DNA from: Desulfobacterales bacterium
Lineage (GTDB): Bacteria > Desulfobacterota > Desulfobacteria > Desulfobacterales > Desulfobacteraceae
Direction: 5' to 3'
DNA: 38,229 bases
Assembly (NCBI GenBank): GCA_019038815.1
Contig: JAHOYS010000164.1
Location: forward strand, 1 to 38,229
Part shown: positions 28,101-36,374 of the stretch, in pieces
How the letters are laid out: every line of letters starts with the position of its first letter
Numbering within the stretch: the stretch's first letter is position 1
The notes under the pieces: model-generated
The model's database searches: none
Told to the model about the DNA's origin: nothing
What the model saw: only the letters and a program-made list of their open reading frames with translations
Program-made: the position numbers and the translations under genes

Positions 28101-28407
28101 GGGATGGATATTCCGGAAAAGAGATCTTTTTAAGGCAAGGTATATCGAGTTTTTGCAAAAAAAAGCCATGCTTCACGAAGAACTGGATCAGATTGATAAG
28201 GCTGTTGAAACCTGGCAACTTATCCTTGAGGCAGAGCCTTATTTTGAAGCAGCATACCAGAATTTGATGATTCTCTATGCAGATTCCAATCAGAAGAATA
28301 AGGCCATGAATGTTTTTCAGGAGTGCCGGGCCTTATTTAAAAAGGAACTGGGAACAGAACCTGCTACACAGACCCGGGATATCTTTTATAAAATAAAGTC
28401 CAGATAA
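25117..28407 (+). CDS. large MalT/STAND-like ATPase transcriptional regulator with helical repeats and C-terminal wHTH-BTAD (SARP-like) module
   Basis: Walker A GQAAQGKST, Walker B IIVLDDF, LAFT.DE, TDGWAGGL, FKYHNLFKEFL (MalT-like); C-terminal IETLGQF, LINDLWP, LHRLRKAIE, DVDEF, YKGDYF, EPYFE.AY..LM, ELG.EP (BTAD); ATGA overlap with the REC-STAS gene. Confidence 0.88.
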   Translation: MITRYTPPYVQDVVKRKRLFLALDENFHRQNFLITGQAAQGKSTLVASYLQQSNDPVLWFHLSENEADCIKLSDKLVRGTHELFEETGEGVDIFIPGSTLGMEKGLLRHIEGLSIIFQEFSFPLIIVLDDFESIDETSSGFQLIKGILNGRFDKLKFFVLSRNMPSFNIPRLKMEHNIFVLNNDDLAFTLDETRLFFSGQIKTKTIDIERIHRLTDGWAGGLTLVSESIRQFKELQNLPHHLSSEAFSFFSNEIYKNLPDHIREFLIKTSILDIIDLEMVSHIFKSSDALKILTELEKRNLFIQRIDSDSRCLKFKYHNLFKEFLLQDFLKTKGIKAYKVINQKVGQFFWERKDHEQAMNYFSRADAFSDMVRIIKIKGTDYIVKGKMSGLEKWMNCLPAKMIQNDPWLIFFSTMTRRIKGGKKNIRDFQKAFMVFQKIHDIRGVLLSVAYLIEAAVFIRQPSGMILEWIKKGEEQLRYVRQKNRYPWARTLLWQKIGLGYIAGDGDIPKGVSACRNAILLGRQINNPALVVNASITLTFGYVQAGDFVNARQMLSKIKEITKQGQHPEYRALQSIVDIDFALKNGRFDAARELLTRSEADIEKFGLIFLYPVFVEAKALHMVYTKQFDEARQMADHLNDFSILEGNDFYKGISHRIKAVSFLQEEKFKDAEQEIKKALKQLDQARKGDIHHFLAQQLAGMIYFCGKNFLKAKNMLIPALEYFERISSDLCYSETCFALGIISWECNEPQVAFNYLTRGLEKAFQKGYVFFSLISERMLIKAILLMAASDRIKPFEPYAVSLILRCDRAEIFEQMDWLAASGKQGQKNRIIEKFKPLYKGLLPGVRIETLGQFNVFIDNKVVNNKAFEGARPMMLLKAIVLHGSREIPKEILINDLWPKATAKAGEKNFKINLHRLRKAIEPDSKKEFGYAYIIQKAGLISLDPELVTLDVDEFIAFGARAMENEKNNKFETALEFYTKAVKIYKGDYFTEEPYLGWIFRKRDLFKARYIEFLQKKAMLHEELDQIDKAVETWQLILEAEPYFEAAYQNLMILYADSNQKNKAMNVFQECRALFKKELGTEPATQTRDIFYKIKSR

Positions 28408-28467
28408 AAAACTTTCTTGAAAGTGAAAAAGAGTCTGACGGTTTAAAAGAACATATTAAAAAGCAAG

Positions 28468-29343
28468 CTACAAAGAGACATCGCCGGCAAGTGATTCGGC
28501 AGTGGTATATCCTTTTTCCCTGGCTTTCATGTCAAGGTGAAGGGTAGTGACCTGCTCAAGTTTTGGATAAAATGCACGGTCCATTTGTCTTAAATCAACT
28601 ATTTTAATATAATTATGGCAGTTGTCACACAGGTTTACCCGGTACTCTTTTTCTTCATCGCTGAAAAAATAATGCTGAGAATCCTTGTCATTGTTTTGAC
28701 AAAAAACACATCCCATCCTTTTGATCAGCCATTCATGGGCGCAGAAGCAACATTTTAAATGGCGGTTACCCTCCTTATCCAGAAACCCCATATCAGGATG
28801 ATTCCCGCAGATGGGGCAATATCCATTTTTCAGATCCGGCATATCGGTAAGATAGGTTTCAAGCTGTTCTGAACAAATCCAGATACTCGGGGCAATGGCG
28901 GCATAACCAAAAAAGACAAGTTCGGGCTCGGGTATATTCAAAAGCCTGGCCAGGTCATGCAGGGTTAAGCTCTGGTTATTAAGGATAGCTGAAAATAGTG
29001 TTTCCAGATTAAACACATGATCCTGTCCGGCTTTTTTTAAAATTTGGGCATTGGTTGACAGGTTCGGTGCAAAATCATAAGCCAGGTCGCAGATCGTATC
29101 AAACAATTGCCCGGCTGCTTTTAAATCAATTAAAAATTCGGATTGATCAATTAACGGCATTTCATTATTTTGTTTTATTTTCAGCAGATCAGATTCTATC
29201 ACAACAGGGGGTAACTGGATATCCTGTCTGCTTTTTTCCTGGGCCAGAAAAATCCGGGCGTAAAAATCAAGGATTGGCTGGTAAGAAGGCCTGATTTTTT
29301 TGATCCGATCGGAAGACTGTTCTAATTGTTCTATCGTTATCAT
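28468..29343 (-). CDS. fdhE: formate dehydrogenase accessory protein FdhE
   Basis: CPICG, C..C..EW...R..C..C, CDNC..YIK, LHLD..ARE.GY; downstream of the FDH subunit genes. Confidence 0.92.
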   Translation of the reverse strand: MITIEQLEQSSDRIKKIRPSYQPILDFYARIFLAQEKSRQDIQLPPVVIESDLLKIKQNNEMPLIDQSEFLIDLKAAGQLFDTICDLAYDFAPNLSTNAQILKKAGQDHVFNLETLFSAILNNQSLTLHDLARLLNIPEPELVFFGYAAIAPSIWICSEQLETYLTDMPDLKNGYCPICGNHPDMGFLDKEGNRHLKCCFCAHEWLIKRMGCVFCQNNDKDSQHYFFSDEEKEYRVNLCDNCHNYIKIVDLRQMDRAFYPKLEQVTTLHLDMKAREKGYTTAESLAGDVSL

Positions 29344-29363
29344 GTTCCTTATCCTTGGAAAAC

Positions 29364-29397
29364 CTGCCCGGGAAAATATTTTTATTTCCCCGGGCAG
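29364..29397 (-). terminator. strong hairpin between fdnH and fdhE (terminator-like or mRNA-stabilising)
   Basis: Minus strand CTGCCCGGGGAAATA-AAAA-TATTTTCCCGGGCAG forms a 15-bp stem with one G-U pair, followed by GTTTT. Confidence 0.7.
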
Positions 29398-29418
29398 AAT
29401 AGTAATACCGAATGTCTC

Positions 29419-30132
29419 TTATACCCGTATCATTCTGGCAAAGGGACCCATCATTTTACGAAGGGCAACACTGCGGCTTAAACCGCCCTTGTTTGCACTT
29501 GCTACGGCATAATCCGAATAGAGTTTTGGATCATGGCCTACAAGATAAATTACATTTACCTCATACGGGTCCAGCAGCATGGCTTTGGGAAATTTTTGTT
29601 TAACAATTCCAAGCCTTTTTTCCGCAATGGCCAGGATTTCTTCCCGTTCCCCAAATTTCATGGCCCCTGTTGGGCAGGCAGTGACACAAGCCGGTTTAAG
29701 CCCATTATGAACTCTGTCGTTGCACATGTCACATTTGGCAAGAGTTCCGTCTTTAGCTTTCTTGGGAATGTTATACGGGCATGAACTAATAATTTCATCC
29801 GCATCCAGATTTTTGCTTCCCATGGTATACAAAATTGCCCCTGTTGCAGGATCACGATAGATTGCAGTTTCATCGAATGCAATTTCAAGGCAGGGTGCAT
29901 CAATACAATGCCGGCATTGATCCGGAAAAAACAGCCATTCAAGTCGATTGTTAACTATCTCTTCATTCATCCGGACAAGCTTGTAGGTATTAAAGGAGAG
30001 ATCCTGAGGATTTTGAAAGCTCCCCACGTTTGTTGTTTTTTCAGCCGGCAGGTTATGCCATTGCTTGCATGCAATCTGACATCCTCTACAGGCTGTACAG
30101 ATGGTCGCATCGATTAATATTGATTTAGACAT
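29419..30132 (-). CDS. fdnH: formate dehydrogenase iron-sulfur (beta) subunit
   Basis: CTACRGCQIAC, CRHC...PC, CPY, KCDMC..R....KPACVTACP; no transmembrane tail; the reduced Cys set fits three-cluster FdhB of sulfate reducers. Confidence 0.93.
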   Translation of the reverse strand: MSKSILIDATICTACRGCQIACKQWHNLPAEKTTNVGSFQNPQDLSFNTYKLVRMNEEIVNNRLEWLFFPDQCRHCIDAPCLEIAFDETAIYRDPATGAILYTMGSKNLDADEIISSCPYNIPKKAKDGTLAKCDMCNDRVHNGLKPACVTACPTGAMKFGEREEILAIAEKRLGIVKQKFPKAMLLDPYEVNVIYLVGHDPKLYSDYAVASANKGGLSRSVALRKMMGPFARMIRV

Positions 30133-30148
30133 GTTGTCATCACCTCCT

Positions 30149-33100
30149 TTAAAGCTTTATTACATTGACCATAAAGGCCTTGGTTTCAGGGATTCTGGTG
30201 TTTGGATCACCAGCCGGAGGCGTCAGAAGATTGGCGCTTTCTTCTGCTCCGGTGGATGGCCAGCGCCAGCCGTAATGCCAGGGTATTCCAATCTGGTGAA
30301 CCGTTTTATTGTCAATTTTAAATGGTGTGAATCGTTTGGTAACAATAGCGGTACATTCCAGAGTCGCCCGGGCACTGGTTACATTGACACGTTCTCCGTT
30401 CTTGATTCCCCGGAGTTTTGCCAGCTCTTCACTCATTTCCACGAACACATTGGGCTGAAGTTCCATGAGCCATTCCTGAGGACGGGTCATAAGGCCTGTC
30501 TGCCAGTGTTCACTTACACGATAGGTGGTGCCGACAATGGGAAATTTCGGATCATTGTTGGCATAAGCATCGGCCTTTGTGGAATATACCACTGCGGTCG
30601 GGTTGATACGTTGTGAACCAAAAGCATTCTTTTTAACCGGGCTTTCCAGGGGTTCGTAATGTTCTGAGAAAGGACCGTCAGCACGGCCGGGGCCAAAAAT
30701 TTGTGCATGGCCGTGTTTTCGCATGATAAAGGGATGCTTGGCATCCTTTCTTTTTGATCCATCCGGATTTTCAAGAGGATACCATCCCCCGTCAGGCACA
30801 TCACCAACCCATTTTTTGGATACATATTTGCCGTCTTTTTCATCACCGGCAAACTTAATAACCCAGTCTTTCTTATCCCAGGGGCGGCCCTTGGGATCAA
30901 CCGACGCCCTGTTGTAAATGATTCTTCTGTTGACCGGCCAGCACCAGGCAAATTCAGGATAGAGCCCGATATTATTGGGTGCATCTTTTTTGCTCCTCCT
31001 GGCAGACATGTTTCCTTTTTCCGTATAGGAGTTGCAATAGAGCCAGTTTCCCGAAGAGGTTGACCCGTCTGTCTGCAGCCATGCAAAGCTTGGCACCAGA
31101 GTGCCTTTTTTGCATAGTTTGCCTTTGACGGTCACATCTTTTGTGAAAAAACCGTTGATCTCTTTGGCCGCTTTATGGGGATCATACACCCCATCGGTCT
31201 CATAATCCCATTTTAAGTTAGCAATGGGATCTTGAAATACACCGCCTGATGTTTTATATTCTTCCTTGATGCGATGGCCAAGTTCTATAATGATATCCCC
31301 ATCAGGACGGCTGTTGCCAAGGGGTTTGGGACCCTGATACCGCCATTGCATCCATCGGCCTGAATTGGTGATACTCCCTTCTTTTTCAACGGAAACAGCC
31401 GCAGGCAGCATAAAGACTTCAGTCTTGATTTTTGACGGGTCTTTTCCGGGCCCTTTCCAGAAGGAGCCGGTCTCATTGTCAAAAATATTGACATTGACCA
31501 TCCAGTCCAGATTTTCCATAGCTTTCCTGATTTTTGAGACATTTGATCCTGAGCAGGCCGGATTCATGCCCCAGGCAAAAAAGCCTTTGATGTCGCCTTT
31601 ATACATGTCATCAAAGATATCAAACCAGGAGTATGCTTTGCCATCATCCACTTTTGGCAGCCAGTTATAGCCAAACTGGTTGGTTTTTGTGGCAGCTTCT
31701 CCAAAGAAAGATTTAAGCATGCTCACGGAATATTTGGGATAATTGCCCCACCAGTTGGCAGATAACGGATCATTGCTTTTGGGTGTCCATTTGGTGTTAT
31801 AGGCATCAAGACTGTTATTAGACGACCTTGGTGTTTTAAGGTAGCCCGGCCAGATATGCCATAAAAGACAATGGTCGGTAGAACCCTGAACATTGGATTC
31901 ACCCCTTAATGCATTTACACCGCCACCGGCAACGCCCATGTTGCCAAGAAGCAACTGGATTATGGCCATGGTACGGATATTCTGGGTTCCTACTGTATGC
32001 TGGGTCCATCCCATGGCATACATGATGGTACCGGCTTTGCCTCTCGCACCGCTTGCAGCATAGGTTTTGTATACTTTTAAGAGATCTTCCTTGGGAGTTC
32101 CGGTCACTTTGGAAACCATATCAAGATCATACCTGCTGTAATGGTTTTTCATAAGCTGGAGTACGGATCGTTTGTGCTTAAGAGTCCGGTCTGTTTCAGG
32201 GACCCCATCAGCATCCATTTCAAAAGCCCAGTTGGATTTATCATAACTTCCCAGGGCAGGCCCCTTTTCATTTTTTTTGTACCCGGAAAAAAGTCCGTCT
32301 TTAAATCCAAATTTTTTTCCCACGATAAAGGATGCATTGGTGTAGGCCGTTGTATACTCTTTATTATAAAGGTTGTTATCCAGAATATATTTTATCATGC
32401 CGCCAAGAAAGGCAATATCAGTACCGGATCTTAAGGAAGCATAGATATCAGCCTTGGAAGAAGTCCTGGTGAATCTCGGGTCAACACTGATCAGTTTTGC
32501 CCCTTCTTCCATGGCCTGGGTGACATATTTAAATGAGATGGGATGATTTTCAGCAGCATTGCTGCCCATGATGAGAATACAGTCACTGTTTTTAATATCA
32601 ATCCAGTGGTTTGTCATAGCGCCGCGTCCAAACGACTCTGCCAGAGCCGCTACAGTTGCACTATGTCAGATCCTGGCCTGATGTTCAATATAGACCAGTC
32701 CCAAAGATCTCATCAATGTCTGGTAGATCCAGCATTCCTCATTATCCAGAGCAGAGGATCCAACAGAAGCAATATGGGTTGTCCGGTTGACTGTCTGTCC
32801 CTTGGCATTGGTTTTCTCAAAATTCATATCCCTGGTTTTTTTGACCCTGTTGGCAATCGTATTGAGTGCCCAGTCCCAGGAAACAGTCTGCCATTTATTT
32901 GAATAGGGTGCCCGGTACATGGGTTCTGTCAGGCGGTTTTCATTTTCCACGAGCTGTTTAAGAGATGACCCTTTGGAACACAGTGATCCCCGGTTGATGA
33001 CATGGTCAGGATCACCTTCGATGTTGATCACCCTGCCGTCCCCACGTTTGCTGGTATGAACGATGGCACCACATCCCACTGCACAATAGCAGCAGATTGT

Positions 33101-33241
33101 CGTGCTTTCCTTGGCATACCGGGTTTTCAGCATGCCGGCATGGGACTTGACCGGTGAAAGGTCAAACCCTAATCCGCTGACGGCAACTCCGGCAGCAGCG
33201 GCACCTGAAATTTTGATAAAGTCTCTTCTGTCGAATTTCAT
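30149..33241 (-). CDS. fdnG: selenocysteine-containing formate dehydrogenase alpha subunit (Mo/W-bisPGD), Tat-exported, 1030 aa
   Basis: ORFs 32666..33241 and 30149..32617 are in frame and joined by a TGA at 32668-32666, reading EHQARI-U-HSATVAALAESFGRGAMTNHW; Tat motif DRRDFIK; CCYCAVGCG...LCSKG 4Fe-4S motif; ALRGESNVQG. Confidence 0.97.
32632..32665 (-). promoter_or_regulatory. bacterial SECIS element
   Basis: Hairpin GCGGCTCT-GGC-AGAGTCGT (32650-32632) begins 15 nt after the in-frame UGA and has a G-containing apical loop. Confidence 0.8.
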
Positions 33242-33411
33242 CTTAAAAAGGCCTCCTTGATAGTAGAATTTAAATTTTTGCCTGTTTCATTGTTTTATGG
33301 GAAGCACTCAATTTAAATATAAGAAGATACCTGTGGCAGATTTTTTAAAAAAGAGTGTTTTCCGCGAAACCAATGAATCCTCTTCAATTTATAATTGAAA
33401 TAGCACAGGAG

Positions 33412-33429
33412 GGTTACAAAAAGGTTACA
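33412..33429. promoter_or_regulatory. heptamer direct repeat GGTTACA-N4-GGTTACA (candidate winged-helix/SARP-type binding site)
   Basis: Exact repeats at 33412-33418 and 33423-33429 (11-bp period), about 170 nt upstream of the fdnG start. Confidence 0.55.
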
Positions 33430-33540
33430 AGCTCGGAATAACCAAGTATAATGATGAAAAATAAAAAAAGTGTTGCAATTTTTCATCATATGTGAAAAAA
33501 GGAAATAAACTGAACTGGATGGATAATTGAAAGGATCATA

Positions 33541-34194
33541 ATGACTGAGAATAAAATAGATGTATTAATGAGGCGAATTCTTGATGCCACAGGTATTAAT
33601 TCCCAGTCAGAGCTTGCAAAGGAGCTTGAAATTAATAGATCCGGCATAACGCATGCAAGAAACAATAATAAGATCCCGGACAAATGGATTGTTAAGCTGT
33701 ATAGAAAATTTGGTTTCAACCCCCAATGGATTGAAACCGGTATTGGCAGCGTTTTTATCAGCACAAAATCAGGCAATGATGTTGAATTTAAATATATTCC
33801 AAAAGTAGCGGCAAGGCTGTCCGCAGGCACCGGGTCTTTTGATAGTGAAGACAATGTAACGGATTATCTTTCCTTTCAAACAAAGTGGCTTGCAGGTAAG
33901 GGATCTGCTATCAATATGGTTGCCATGGAGGTTTTCGGGCAGAGTATGGAACCGGTTATAAAAGAGGGGGATACCGTTCTGATTGATCAATCTCAGAAAA
34001 ATATACTTGCCGGGGCCATATACGCAGTGGGTGTGGAAGACACAATTTTAGTAAAAAGATTGGAAAAACATCCCAATAAACTTGTCCTTGTCAGTGATAA
34101 CAAGGACTATGAACCTATCTATCTCAAGAGAGAAGAGACGGATAAAGTAAGAATTATCGGCAAGATTATCTGGAGTTGTCGAGAATACAGGTAG
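33541..34194 (+). CDS. CI/LexA-family repressor (phage CI-like HTH plus S24 peptidase)
   Basis: SQSELAKELEINRSGI HTH, W..TG.G linker, AG cleavage site (LSAGTG), catalytic Ser (GQSMEP) and Lys (VKRL), IIGKIIW end. Confidence 0.9.
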   Translation: MTENKIDVLMRRILDATGINSQSELAKELEINRSGITHARNNNKIPDKWIVKLYRKFGFNPQWIETGIGSVFISTKSGNDVEFKYIPKVAARLSAGTGSFDSEDNVTDYLSFQTKWLAGKGSAINMVAMEVFGQSMEPVIKEGDTVLIDQSQKNILAGAIYAVGVEDTILVKRLEKHPNKLVLVSDNKDYEPIYLKREETDKVRIIGKIIWSCREYR

Positions 34195-34262
34195 ATTTTT
34201 TTTGAATAGCGTGTTTAGTTTTTTCAATAAATAGTGAAATTTTTAAAATAAGGAGCGTATAA

Positions 34263-34544
34263 ATGCAACAAATTAAAAAAACAATATATGAAAAATGTTT
34301 TATCTGGGCTACCGGGACAGCCTGGATTACAGGTTTGCTTATTGCTGGCAGTGACAGTCCATATATGCCCTGGCTTAATGGAATCGGACTGCTTTTGTTT
34401 TTTGGTGCCGGTATTCTGCTTGGGAAACTTCTTAAACTATCACATTCAAATACCTGTACTGCAATATATCCTGAATTTTATATAAAACCTGATGCTACCG
34501 CGATAGTCGGTGAAATTGGCATTTTTCGTTCAAATACTATTTAA
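34263..34544 (+). CDS. small hypothetical membrane protein
   Basis: 93 aa, AGGAG RBS, two hydrophobic segments flanking AGSDSPYMPW. Confidence 0.55.
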   Translation: MQQIKKTIYEKCFIWATGTAWITGLLIAGSDSPYMPWLNGIGLLLFFGAGILLGKLLKLSHSNTCTAIYPEFYIKPDATAIVGEIGIFRSNTI

Positions 34545-34729
34545 GAAAAAATTTTAAATCAATTGGCTTGATCTTTAAATAATGGATCAACGTACTACAG
34601 CCTTTCTATAGTCAGATCCTGAAAATTTTTTACATATAACTCTAAAAATAAATTTCGGTTTTTCCTTGTCATTAGGGTAAAAAACAAATAATCAAGTGAA
34701 TAATGTTTTTAACCCGTTAAGGATTTTTT

Positions 34730-36364
34730 GTGGGAACAGACCTGAAAATTAAAAAAATTGAACGTCTCAATCTTATTCTTATGACTATCAGAGATGTTGG
34801 AAGACTGCTGATCAGCGAAAATGACCGGGAAAAATTAATTAAAGGTGTTTGTAATATCCTAGTTGAAAAAAGAGGATACTATAATGCCTGGATCGGGTTG
34901 TCTGGATCGGATAAAGCCATTGATCTTATTACAGATTCCGGGATTGGCCCTCAATTTGAGAATATTAAAAAAAATATTAAAAACCAACAATTTACCCGTT
35001 GTATTGAGCATACATTCTTTTCAGAAAAAGTTTTTTCTGTTAACGATCCTGTAAAGGAATGTACCCGGTGCATTCTATCAAAACAATACTCTAACAGAGG
35101 TGCTTTGGCTGTCCGACTGGAATATGAGAAGAAAAATTATGGTTTTATGGTTGTGTCCATACCCAAAGAGCTTGCCTCGGATGACATTGAAAAGAATATT
35201 GTGAAAGAAATTTCAGATGATATTGCCTTTAGTCTGTATCGCCTTGAATTGGAAGAGAGAAGAAAATTTACAGAAAAAGACCTTAAACAAAGCAGGTTCC
35301 AGTTGCAAACCCTGATAGAGAACTCCTTGAGTTGTATTTCTATCATACAGAACCATAGGATTGTATATAAAAATTCAGGTCTTAGAAAAATTCATGGTTT
35401 CATGGGTGAAATATTTGAACCTCCTGAGTTTTTAGATGTATATTTGGAAGATCGAGCCCGGATAAAACAGCTATACACCCAGTTATTGTCTAATAAAATG
35501 AGTCATATTGAAACAGATTTCAGATATTGCCCTTTTGGGAAAAATAAAGTTGATCAGGAAATCCGATGGGCATTTCTAAGCGCGACTAAAATTGATTATC
35601 TGGGGGTTGAATCCGTATTAACCAATATTATGGACATCACGGATTCAAAAGAGGCTGAGAACTTTTTAAGGATACAGGATAAAATGGTTTCCCTTGGGAG
35701 GGTAACCGCTGGTATTGCCCATGAAATAAGAAACCCGTTATCTGGAATATATATCTATTTAAAAGCGTTAAAAAAAATTTATAATCAAATGGGAGATATC
35801 ACTAAAGTTGTATCAATTATTGATAAAATTGAACTTGCTTCATATAAGATTGAATCGATTATCAAGCGGGTAATGGATTTTACAAAACCGGGCCAGCCCC
35901 AATTTATTATGACCAATGTGAATGATTATATAAATGAAGTTACACAGCTGACATCGGTTACATTAAGAAAAAGCGGGGTTCGGTTTGAAAAATATCTTGA
36001 TCCGAATATTCCAAAATGCTTTGCAGAGCCTCATTTGATAGAGCAGGTCGTACTAAATTTGATAACCAATGCAGCAGAAGCTATGAAAGAGTTTCATGGT
36101 GAAAAACTAATCACCCTGAAAACTTTTAAAAAAGACAGTCATGTTGTCATCAGTGTTAAGGATACGGGCCCTGGCATTCCAGTATCAAGGCAATCAAAAA
36201 TCTTTGATCCCTTTTATACAACCAAATACAACAGTTCCGGTATCGGATTGAGTATCTGCAATCGTATTATTTTAGATCACGGGGGATCGTTAAAGTGTCA
36301 GACATCAGAAAGTGGAGGGGCCAACTTCATCATTGAGCTGCCTTTAAAAAACAAAGAGGTGTAA
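34730..36364 (+). CDS. cytoplasmic sensor histidine kinase (GAF, PAS-like, HisKA, HATPase)
   Basis: H-box AGIAHEIRNPL, QVVLNLITNA, DTGPGI, FDPFYTTK, GIGLS; N-terminal GAF-like region with several Cys; no transmembrane segment; GTG start. Confidence 0.92.
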   Translation: MGTDLKIKKIERLNLILMTIRDVGRLLISENDREKLIKGVCNILVEKRGYYNAWIGLSGSDKAIDLITDSGIGPQFENIKKNIKNQQFTRCIEHTFFSEKVFSVNDPVKECTRCILSKQYSNRGALAVRLEYEKKNYGFMVVSIPKELASDDIEKNIVKEISDDIAFSLYRLELEERRKFTEKDLKQSRFQLQTLIENSLSCISIIQNHRIVYKNSGLRKIHGFMGEIFEPPEFLDVYLEDRARIKQLYTQLLSNKMSHIETDFRYCPFGKNKVDQEIRWAFLSATKIDYLGVESVLTNIMDITDSKEAENFLRIQDKMVSLGRVTAGIAHEIRNPLSGIYIYLKALKKIYNQMGDITKVVSIIDKIELASYKIESIIKRVMDFTKPGQPQFIMTNVNDYINEVTQLTSVTLRKSGVRFEKYLDPNIPKCFAEPHLIEQVVLNLITNAAEAMKEFHGEKLITLKTFKKDSHVVISVKDTGPGIPVSRQSKIFDPFYTTKYNSSGIGLSICNRIILDHGGSLKCQTSESGGANFIIELPLKNKEV

Positions 36365-36374
36365 TCAGGTTATT

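Noticed and set aside
32618-32668. fdnG as a split gene or nonsense pseudogene
   Set aside because: The stop is an in-frame TGA at the conserved Sec position with a downstream SECIS-like hairpin, and selC is present
33541-34544. Prophage
   Set aside because: Only a CI-like repressor and a small membrane ORF; no integrase, replication or structural genes
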